From Tubulanus polymorphus (Eukaryota; Animalia; Nemertea): 64,000 nt of DNA. Positions 27,177-36,534 of the stretch are shown in pieces. Position 1 is the stretch's first letter. Each line of letters opens with the position of its first letter. A model generated the notes under the pieces. The model was not told where the DNA came from, searched no databases, and saw nothing but the letters and a program-made list of their open reading frames with translations. Location: the NCBI RefSeq assembly GCF_964204645.1, contig NC_134026.1, positions 21,238,150 through 21,302,149 on the forward strand. The letters are read 5' to 3'. The translations under genes were made by a program, and so were the position numbers.

Positions 27177-30100
27177 TTATGCATCAGCTTTTGATTGACC
27201 CTTTTTTGCAAACCATTCGTCACTTTTGTCAGCCTCCAAAGCCTGGAATGAATTGAAGTTACCATTACTGCTTTTATCTAATTAAATATGATGCTAAGAA
27301 TGCCAACCTTAACCTTCACCTAAGGGTTTAACTCAATTACTATAGTCAATAGGGATAACTCCAAAACTGGCACCAGCATCGAGTTGCACTGTTGGTTTTA
27401 AATTTTAAGACAGAACTGAAGTTGTTAGATTGGCCATGAAACCAAAATAGGCTTAGACAGGTCCTAAATCCCAGCATCAATTGCACAGCTAGCACATTAT
27501 TGCAAGTTGCAGTTGAAACCTACCTCCTGCAGCAAACGATCAGCCTCTGGATCCACTACCGATAGCTCCCTAAACGCCTCATCACCGACAAAACAAATTT
27601 CATGTTGATCCTATGAAAACAAACAATGACTGTTTAGCCACAAAGTCAAGGCATAAGAAGAATGATAGTGACAGCGAGTAATACTTACCGGATCGGCTAA
27701 AATGACAACTTGAACGGTAGCTTTTCCCGGCGTGTCGAGACTAACTAGAGGGGTGAGAATTGTATAGCCAGCACCTTTTATCGAATGTTCTAAGGTTGGA
27801 AGCTAAAAATAAACAATCCTAACAATCAAAATTTTACCTCTTGAAAAACCAAGGTCTAGTTTGATGAAAAAATTTAAGCCTACTGGGTAAAACATTAAAT
27901 TCAAATTGTTGCTTTCAATGATTAACATGAAGTAACCAATAGCCAAGTTGCTATTGGTTAAACTTGTTAGACTTAATCGTGCAACTGGGCTAGGTTGCCA
28001 CTAATAGTTACAAGATTTTGCACTTTGTGATATTGACATTATTAATAATGTTGGTTAAGATCAATCTTGTGTATACCAGACAATCCATTTGTACCACTAG
28101 GCATGCCCTTTCAGTCATTTATTTTGATTGGTCTTAGAGAAATCGTAGTACAGAATAAGGTTTCTATGTGCACCTACCTGCTCTTTTGGAACGGAAAATG
28201 CTATTCTACCAAATGCTTTTGCATGATCGACCTTTTTACCAATGTCCACGAATTCCAGTTTGCACTGCAAAGCAAAATAAACTATCTATAAGTACTCGGC
28301 ATCTTTATCCGAAAAATTTATGACAATCAGATGACTATACAGTTGCCCTTGTTTAAGTCATCCAAGTTGGGACCATCATTTTGTTGATGACTCAACCAAA
28401 CTACTTCTTAGCAAGTAGAATTGGAAATACAGATGACTTAAATAATGTGATGGCTTATCGGATTATGACTTATCAGATTGTAATAGTATTCTATGAGAAA
28501 AGCCTTCATCGATTTCAATTTAGTTGGAAAAATGCTCACTTGTTCTTCTGAAAATCCAACAGTAGCCTGCTTCTCAGTTTCATCATAGAGATTCATACCC
28601 AATCGGTCCACCCAGTATTCTAGTGAGAAAATTGCAAAAATATTCAATCGTGTTGGTTCTAATGAAATCAGCAAATAAAAAGTAAATTTTCAAAACAAAC
28701 AGTACCTAATGAATTCTGCAGATTAGCAGAGGCCAACGAAACCATCTTAACAGGATCTGAAACAAGCCATTAAAATGAGATTGATATAAATAGGCTTAGT
28801 CAATCAATAAATATTCATACAGTTTGTAAAAATTTAATACGGTAGTCTACTATGAACAGAGGTGTTGTTGCAATACGTAGGAATAGTGGCAATTCATAGA
28901 AATATGGACCCCAACCCCTTGGGTACCCCCGAGGGTCAAATCCAAAAGTACCGCTCTGCTGTTTTAGACCTTCTAGGCCCATAGATCAAGTTTCATCTTG
29001 TTCCTTTAATAATCTTTAGGTCTAATAGCAATTCAAAGTAAAAGATAACGACGGACGAATGACATTCCCCTTTAAACCAACAGCTCGACGGCGACCAAAG
29101 GTTGGTTTAAGGGCAGCTTTATATTCAATATTAGTAAGATATTACCTCCTTCTGAATCTTTATCATGTAAATGGAATTTGTAGCCACCGGGTGCCTCCAC
29201 AGTATATATGCCATCCTCTTCAGAGAAAGGCCAGCCCCGCGATTTAGCATTCTCTACTGCTTCCTTACTGTGTATAGTGATACCCTAGAAATTTGAAACA
29301 GACTATAATATACTTTGTATATGGGACCGCTGTAACCCATTGATTCCAGAGCTTCTCGGGCATTTAGGAAATTGACGCTTAATCCATCGGATAGACAATC
29401 CATTTGTACTGTTATACAATGATATTGGTGTGTAAATATGTGAATAAAATGGCTCACGTCCAGCTAATTAATACCAGACTCCAGTTTCATGAAAGAATTC
29501 ATGCTTTTAACGGTAAAGAATATGAAGTAACCGATATCAGCTAAATCGAAATAAATTTCATGAAAATGGACCCAGTAAAATCGTGGACTCATAAACTAGA
29601 TCAAAAATGTCTTCAATGTAAGGAAAACGGATTATAATTTTACCCGGAAGTCATTTCCCAACAGATACGATCCGATTCCATAATTGTATGTCAATTCTAT
29701 AACGAAATGGTTATCTTCGGGACCGTAGCCGACCATAGATTTGCTCCATTTTCCGTCGTAAGGTCTGAAGTTGATTCAATGATCATAGTCAATATACGCA
29801 AACAAAGTTACCAAAGCGAAGGCTAGGCTAATGAGGTCCATGAATTTAAACTCACCCATTACAACTGGCTTTGCATCCTTCTTCGAATTCCTCATGGCGC
29901 AAAAACTGAAAAGAAACTGATTATATTACAACGACCAGTACCACTATCCCTTCTTTTTATGGATTATGGCGCAGGTTAGCGGATTAGCTACAATTATCAA
30001 TTGCAATCATAAGTCCCAGTGCCCTAAACCTATAATGTTCCATCGTTTATTAATCCTATTTCAAATATCAAAGTTGCGTCACATCCCTGTGGGCAGATAG

Positions 30101-30994
30101 TTACCTAATCACTTGTATCAAACTAGTTTGGATAGCTGATAGATCAAGCTTTGCATTTATTTTAACAAACGAACTAAAAAGGCAATTTTCTGCGGTTGGT
30201 GAAGTTATCGAATTGTGAATCAAAACTGTCCATGACACCAGGGCGGTAAAAGTGACGCACCTCTCATGTTTGACGTGATCAATTGAAAGAAAAATCACTG
30301 TTCCACACTCAGCATATCTCTGGGAATCTAGGAATCCAATGCAGTGATTTATTTCAAATTATTATTAAAATTGATAAGAAAAATTTTCTTTTTCTTTCGC
30401 TAATTGAGTGAATCACGAAACATCGTTTCAGCAAACAAATCTCCATTTTGGATTTACCAATCAAATATGCATGGTGTCCAGTCCAAAATTTGTAGCGATC
30501 TCGATCGTCAAAAAAATCAGGCCAAAAACCAACTTTCTAGTGGAGATATCATAAAATAAACCACTTCACTAATTTCCTGGTGACATTACAAGCCGTAAAC
30601 AGTGATCTACAATATAGTCGATTGAACCATTAGCAGATGTGCGGATCCTATAAATTCTATAGGGCAGGCATTCGGGGAAGAATGACTATATATATGATGG
30701 GCAGAATCCCCAAACAGAAAAGTTCAATTCCTTAGTCTTTTTAAGATTTCTAATTAATTTGCTTGTCGTGTTGTGGTTGTGCGGTGGGATTGCATTGTTG
30801 TTGGAACTTCCAAAAATGAAATATAAATCTCTCTCGCGCTCTCTCAACAAAAAAAGCATCATATGTTGAGACTTGTGAGGAGACGTCGGACAATGACTGT
30901 GTACCTTCATCCCCAGAACATTCTTAAAAAATTCGACCGTTTTCGATCTATCACCGATTTTAAATACAAAGTGCAGAGCTCTTCTAGATGACAT
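27177..30994 (-). CDS. GLOD4: Glyoxalase domain-containing protein 4 (~294 aa, 10 exons)
   Basis: Exons 30905-30994, 29856-29905, 29644-29764, 29146-29284, 28706-28756, 28540-28619, 28178-28264, 27689-27802, 27524-27610, 27177-27242. Motifs [94 protein letters not shown]. Confidence 0.95.
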
Positions 30995-31508
30995 GTTTAA
31001 TCTGCTGATTTATTATTTTCGATCGAATTTCTGTCACTCCCAATTTATCCTGGATATTCGTACGCTCAAGCTAAGTGGTCACATGACTACCATGTGACTA
31101 CGCAATTCAATTAAATCTACGCTATATTGACCTCGATGTAGGCCTGCTCCGATTCATTTCCTCGCTTGCCAGTGTTTAGAGTGTGGTTGCGGCACGGTCT
31201 TCAATTTCACACAGGCAAAATCATATATCGCATTAGTTGTAATTGTAGCTTGAGAGTGTTTTAATCACAGTTCAATACAGAGCCGCGTATTATTCGCGTC
31301 ACGAAATCATAGTAAAAGACACAGAAACTATAAAGTCTCGCCGGGCGGCGGGTGCCCACCTGTGCGCAGGCCGCAGCGACAGGGCGACCGAAGTACGACT
31401 ACTAGACCTGAAGGCTGAACTGGAAACTGGGAATCTCAAGGGTTCATAAGAATCTAGAAAGAAAATCAAAGAAAACTCGCGGAATTAGTCAAATTTTACC
31501 AATCACCT

Positions 31509-31648
31509 GGGGCCGGTTGCATAGTCATGACTTAGATTTAAGACCAGTTTAAGACCAACTTAGTTCTATAGCCAATCTAACAACTTAAGACCAGTCTTAA
31601 GATTTAAGACCACTTTTGGACTTAAGTCATGACTGTGCAACTGGCACC
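31509..31648. mobile_element. Short palindromic MITE, followed by a truncated second copy (31650-31676)
   Basis: GGGCCGGTTGCATAGTCATGACTTA ... TAAGTCATGACTGTGCAACTGGCACC. The next copy, GGGCCCAGTTGCACAATCGTGACTTAA, is cut off by the 24-bp array. Confidence 0.7.
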
Positions 31649-31676
31649 AGGGCCCAGTTGCACAATCGTGACTTAA

Positions 31677-32660
31677 TGATAAATTGTTTGACAGTTTAAA
31701 TGATAAATTGTTTGATAGTTGAAATGATAAATTGTTCGACTGTTGAAATGATAAATTGTTCGACTGTTGAAATGATAAATTTTTTGACAGTTGAAATGAT
31801 AAATTGTTTGACAGTTGAAATGATAAATTGTTTGACAGTTGAAATGATAAATTGTTTGACAGTTGAAATGATAAATTGTTCGACTGTTGAAATGATAAAT
31901 TGTTTGACAGTTTAAATGATAAATTGTTTGACAGTTGAAATGATAAATTGTTTGACAGTTGAAATGATAAATTGTTCGACTGTTGAAATGATAAATTGTT
32001 CGACAGTTTAAATGATAAATTGTTCGACTGTTGAAATGATAAATTGTTTGACAGTTGAAATGATAAATTGTTTGACAGTTGAAATGATAAATTGTTTGAC
32101 AGTTGAAATGATAAATTGTTCGACTGTTGAAATGATAAATTGTTTGACAGTTGAAATGATAAATTGTTTGACAGTTGAAATGATAAATTGTTTGACAGTT
32201 GAAATGATAAATTGTTCGACTGTTGAAATGATAAGACAGTTGAAATGATAAATTGTTTGACAGTTGAAATGATAAATTGTTTGACAGTTGAAATGATAAA
32301 TTGTTTGACAGTTGAAATGATAAATTGTTTGACAGTTGAAATGATAAATTGTTCGACTGTTGAAATGATAAATTGTTTGACAGTTGAAATGATAAATTGT
32401 TTGACAGTTGAAATGATAAATTGTTTGACAGTTGAAATGATAAATTGTTCGACTGTTGAAATGATAAGACAGTTGAAATGATAAATTGTTTGACAGTTGA
32501 AATGATAAATTGTTTGACAGTTGAAATGATAAATTGTTTGGCAGTTGAAATGATAAATTGTTTGACAGTTGAAATGATAAATTGTTTGACAGTTGAAATG
32601 ATAAATTGTTTGACTGTTGAAATGTTAAATTGTTAGACTGTTGAAATGTTAAATTGTTTG
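31677..32660 (+). repeat. 24-bp tandem array, left arm (~40 units)
   Basis: Unit AAATGATAAATTGTTTGACAGTTG with variants (TTCGACTG; shortened AAATGATAAGACAGTTG twice). Confidence 0.97.
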
Positions 32661-32784
32661 GCTGTAAATTTAATTGTTATTTGATTTAATCATTTAAAAG
32701 TTTAATATTTTAAAAATGATTATAAAATATTTAAATAAAACCTAGCAAATATTTTATAAACTGTTTAATTTTTCTCTTGAATAA

Positions 32785-32868
32785 ATGGATGGTTTCATCC
32801 CAACTGGGAAAAGTGATTTGAAACATTATTTAGTTGCTGGAGGTCTAGTACATAGATATATAAATTAG
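32785..32868 (+). pseudogene. Truncated inverted copy of the 72-aa ORF
   Basis: Encodes MDGFIPTGKSDLKHYLVAGG, identical to the start of 33310-33528; diverges at 32845 and stops after LVHRYIN. Confidence 0.8.
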
Positions 32869-32967
32869 TTTTTATAAAAATTATAAATATTAATTATTAA
32901 TCTAAATATAGAAATAGTTAAAATATTATCTATTTTTATATTTTCAACCAATTTAACAGTCGTATTC

Positions 32968-33270
32968 TCAATTTGAATTATACAGTTTATCATCTAATTC
33001 ATGAATATATTTATGATTTCTCAAACTCTTTTTATTTTTATATCTTTTATTACATATTTCACAACACTTAATATTATTCAATCTATCTGAAATATAATTT
33101 ATATTATCTATTAATTCAGTGTATCTAATTATACAGCAATCATAGAATTCTAACAACTGTTTTATAGTATAAACTGAGAATGAAAATAAACCTGTAAGCA
33201 TAATAATTGATTTAATATTCTGTTGATTTTGATATATTAGATGTAATAAGTTTAATATATTTTCACTCAT
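32968..33270 (-). CDS. Hypothetical 100-aa protein: hydrophobic segment plus C2H2 zinc finger
   Basis: Intact ORF in very AT-rich DNA. CEICNKRYKNKKSLRNHKYIH fits C-x2-C-x12-H-x3-H; IIMLTGLFSFSVYTI is hydrophobic. Confidence 0.65.
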   Translation of the reverse strand: MSENILNLLHLIYQNQQNIKSIIMLTGLFSFSVYTIKQLLEFYDCCIIRYTELIDNINYISDRLNNIKCCEICNKRYKNKKSLRNHKYIHELDDKLYNSN

Positions 33271-33309
33271 TTTGATAGCCCAAAATATATGAAATTAAAA
33301 GATGCTGTT

Positions 33310-33528
33310 TTAATCCTCTAAATCATTTTCCAAATTAACTTTTTTATTCTTTTTATTTCTGTGATTGTTTCCATTTAACTTCTTTAATTTTTTACTCAAT
33401 TTATTATTTTCATTCATCAAATCTTTTGAAATATTCTCATAGTAAAAATATAATGCTGCCAATATTAAACCTCCAGCAACTAAATAATGTTTCAAATCAC
33501 TTTTCCCAGTTGGGATGAAACCATCCAT
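33310..33528 (-). CDS. Hypothetical 72-aa single-pass membrane protein with basic tail
   Basis: YLVAGGLILAALYFYY is TM-like and is followed by a K/N-rich tail; lies 39 bp upstream of the co-oriented 100-aa ORF. Confidence 0.6.
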   Translation of the reverse strand: MDGFIPTGKSDLKHYLVAGGLILAALYFYYENISKDLMNENNKLSKKLKKLNGNNHRNKKNKKVNLENDLED

Positions 33529-33649
33529 TTATTTAAGAGAAAAATTAAACAGTTTATAAAATATTTGCTGGTTTTTATTTAAATATTTTATAATCGTTTT
33601 TAAAATATTAAACTTTTAAATGATTAAATCAAATAACAATTAAATTTAC

Positions 33650-34598
33650 AGCCAAACAATTTAACATTTCAACAGTCTAACAATTTAACATTTCAACAGT
33701 CAAACAATTTATCATTTCAACTGTCAAACAATTTATCATTTCAACTGTCAAACAATTTATCATTTCAACTGCCAAACAATTTATCATTTCAACTGTCAAA
33801 CAATTTATCATTTCAACTGCCAAACAATTTATCATTTCAACTGTCAAACAATTTATCATTTCAACTGTCAAACAATTTATCATTTCAACTGTCAAACAAT
33901 TTATCATTTCGACTGTCAAACAATTTATCATTTCAACTGTCTTATCGTTTCAACAGTCGAACAATTTATCATTTCAACTGTCAAACAATTTATCATTTCA
34001 ACTGTCAAACAATTTATCATTTCAACTGTCAAACAATTTATCATTTCAACAGTCGAACAATTTATCATTTCAACTGTCAAACAATTTATCATTTCAACTG
34101 TCAAACAATTTATCATTTCAACTGTCAAACAATTTATCATTTCAACTGTCTTATCATTTCAACAGTCGAACAATTTATCATTTCAACTGTCAAACAATTT
34201 ATCATTTCAACTGTCAAACAATTTATCATTTCAACTGTCAAACAATTTATCATTTCAACAGTCGAACAATTTATCATTTAAACTGTCAAACAATTTATCA
34301 TTTCAACAGTTGAACAATTTATCATTTCAACTGTCAAACAATTTATCATTTCAACTGTCAAACAATTTATCATTTCAACTGTCAAACAATTTATCATTTC
34401 AACTGTCAAAAAATTTATCATTTCAACAGTTGAACAATTTATCATTTCAACAGTCGAACAATTTATCATTTCAACTATCAAACAATTTATCATTTCAACT
34501 GTCAAACAATTTATCATTTCAACTGTCAAACAATTTATCATTTCAACTGTCAAAAAATTTATCATTTCAACTATCAAACAATTTATCATTTTAACAGT
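33650..34598 (-). repeat. 24-bp tandem array, right arm (~40 units, inverted relative to left arm)
   Basis: CAACTGTCAAACAATTTATCATTT repeated; same variant units, including two shortened units, in mirror order. Confidence 0.97.
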
Positions 34599-34651
34599 CT
34601 ATTAGATATTTAAATCATTTAACTCAATTCAATAATTATAATGTAGAATTG

Positions 34652-35302
34652 TTATTCTTTACGCCAGTTTTTATGTTTAATTGTTTCATAATGCTTTGAT
34701 TTATGTGATTTTAAATATTTACCTCCGCAATAACAATGCACTTTTTCATTAGGATTGAATTTTCTAAATTCATCATCTAAATTACATTGAACTGCAATAT
34801 CTTTAAATGATTTTTCATTATCTAATTCACATTGAATTCCAATATTTGATGAATTTTCATTATAGATAATTTGTTTATTATCAAAATTGAAATAATATAA
34901 TTGTCTTTTTTCAATTCTTAAGTTAATCAAATCATTGTAATCTTTTGAAAGTATTATATCATCATTTCTTTCATTGAAAGGAGTTTTAAGAATATTAATT
35001 ATGTTTTCATCTAAAGTTCCTTTAAAATTTAAAACTGTATTGAATACTTTAGGATTTTTAACACCATTATCAAAAGTATCTACTAGTTTAGTAATTAAAT
35101 ATGTTTCATTTGATAATATTTGATTAATTACAGTAATATTTTCAATTTTATAATACCTTGCGGACACTAAATTTGTTGCTGAAATATAATTTCTAATGTT
35201 AAACTGTGAAAATGATTTATTGGTTTCATTGATTTCGATTTTAAAGTTGGATTCTTCTTCTTCTTTCTTCATTTTAATAACAAAACTTTTATTAAAACTC
35301 AT
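34652..35302 (-). CDS. Hypothetical 216-aa protein with C-terminal CxCG..H..H zinc finger
   Basis: A 651-nt stop-free frame in very AT-rich DNA is unlikely by chance. C-terminus VHCYCGGKYLKSHKSKHYETIKH resembles the short Zn fingers common in small ORFs of large DNA viruses and Polinton-like viruses. Confidence 0.7.
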   Translation of the reverse strand: MSFNKSFVIKMKKEEEESNFKIEINETNKSFSQFNIRNYISATNLVSARYYKIENITVINQILSNETYLITKLVDTFDNGVKNPKVFNTVLNFKGTLDENIINILKTPFNERNDDIILSKDYNDLINLRIEKRQLYYFNFDNKQIIYNENSSNIGIQCELDNEKSFKDIAVQCNLDDEFRKFNPNEKVHCYCGGKYLKSHKSKHYETIKHKNWRKE

Positions 35303-35421
35303 TCAAATATAAATATTCAATGTTTTAAATATGAATTATTTCACTCACACTTTTATATTGAATAATCTATCAATTTATATGTTATTCATATATATTTTAT
35401 TCATGTATATGAATATTTTAA

Positions 35422-35768
35422 GAGTAATAGGGGTAATAGGCTTTCAGGTTAAAGGTTGAACGGGCGAGTGAGTAAAAAATGAAAAACATGAAAATAATAA
35501 CAATTTCTACTTGAATTAGGAGTGAAACTCATAAAAAATGAAAAATAATTCTCACACGCTCGAATTTATTTCACTCACACTTTACTCACACTTTTTTCTA
35601 GCGAGTAAAAATGAAAAATAAATTCGAGTGTGTGAGAATTATTTTTCATTTTGTATGAGTTTCGCGACTAATTCAAGTAGAAATTGAAGTTATTATTTTC
35701 ATATTTTTCATTTTTTATGAGCTCGACCGTTCGACCTTTGATCTGAAAGCCTATTACCCCTATTACTG
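35422..35768. repeat. ~345-bp imperfect hairpin flanked by TTAA on both sides
   Basis: AGTAATAGGGGTAATAGGCTTTCAG...CTCGAATTTATTT (35423-35571) pairs with AAATAAATTCGAG...CTGAAAGCCTATTACCCCTATTACT (35616-35767). TTAA at 35418-35421 and 35769-35772. Confidence 0.9.
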
Positions 35769-36130
35769 TTAATGTAACGCCAAAAATGGCTTTATAACGA
35801 ATTTGGTGATATATAGAGAATGGCATTTTCATTGAATTTGAGTCTGATTTAGCGTATATTTCTTCTCAGAAGAATGTTCGCGTCAAGGTGAGCAGTGTCA
35901 TTTAACAGGATGGACTTCCCAGACTTGGAATGTGAGTCTACTGGCCTTTAAATATGAACGGGCATTCGAGATTTCGATGAAAGCTATCAGAAGGTTTAAT
36001 ACAGTTACTTTCACGTGCGTCTAAAATTTCCTCAAGTCATGCAGACCGTTTAAAGAAAACACGGTCTTGCAAGTAATTTTCATATTCAAATTTATTCCCG
36101 CCAGTTAACTGCGTCATTTGCTTAACAACC

Positions 36131-36275
36131 ATTGGCTCGTTATCCATGACGTATTCAGACGTGTTCAGACGAGTCGTTTCTGAAACGCGTTCAGACAAGT
36201 TTACAGTATGTCGCAATCAGCGCCTATTGATCGTAACTGGTATAAATACGGCCGCGCGGTGAATGTTCAGTCATA
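36131..36275 (+). promoter_or_regulatory. TATA/Inr core promoter of the vWA gene
   Basis: TATAAATA at 36241 and TCAGT Inr ~27 bp downstream. Upstream reverse CCAAT (36131), TGACGT (36147) and three TTCAGAC. Non-coding first exon ends at AAAAG|GTAG (~36367); acceptor TTACAG at 36527. Confidence 0.6.
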
Positions 36276-36534
36276 ACCGAACTACTGGTTTTGCAGTACA
36301 CATCGGAACAAAAAACAACAAGTCTTAGCTACCCGGCAGACTCGTCAACAAATAGTTTGAAAAAAGGTAGCAAATGCTGCTGATTACAATTAATGTGGAT
36401 GATCGCCTATAACGACGATTTTTCATACACATTACAAATTCACAAATCATTAATTTGTGTATCAAATAAAATCAATAATATTTCTTACGAGAACAAACGT
36501 TCTTTAATTCATGACCGTTTATTACAGGTATAAA

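Larger units (their letters stand above)
31677..35768 (-). mobile_element. AT-rich virus/Polinton-like cassette (foldback arms, 3 intronless ORFs, terminal hairpin)
   Basis: Sharp drop in GC relative to flanks. Compact co-oriented intronless ORFs, two with Zn-finger motifs. Large inverted duplication 31677-32844 vs 33469-34597; hairpin 35422-35768. No core viral gene is visible, so the class is inferred. Confidence 0.5.

Noticed and set aside
31340-31400. GC-rich patch starting GCCGGGCG, reminiscent of the SRP/7SL 5' end or an HDV-like ribozyme
   Set aside because: Similarity ends after a few bases and I could not build the fold. More likely upstream regulatory DNA of GLOD4 (contains TGCGCAGGC, NRF1-like).
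32845-32848. CTAG at the inversion breakpoint as a Helitron 3' end
   Set aside because: No GC-rich subterminal hairpin and no matching 5' TC end or Rep/Hel fragment.
33526-33531. TAAATG (poxvirus late-promoter-like) at the 72-aa ORF start
   Set aside because: Expected by chance in such AT-rich DNA and absent from the other two ORFs.
31700-34594. (MINCLTVE)n and (NNLSFQLS)n ORFs
   Set aside because: By-products of a 24-bp (multiple of 3) repeat. They are broken by stops and 7-bp-deleted units and appear on both strands.
31677-34598. Possible CRISPR array (also considered for the 50-bp and 190-bp arrays)
   Set aside because: Units are contiguous with no unique spacers, there are no cas genes, and the context is eukaryotic.
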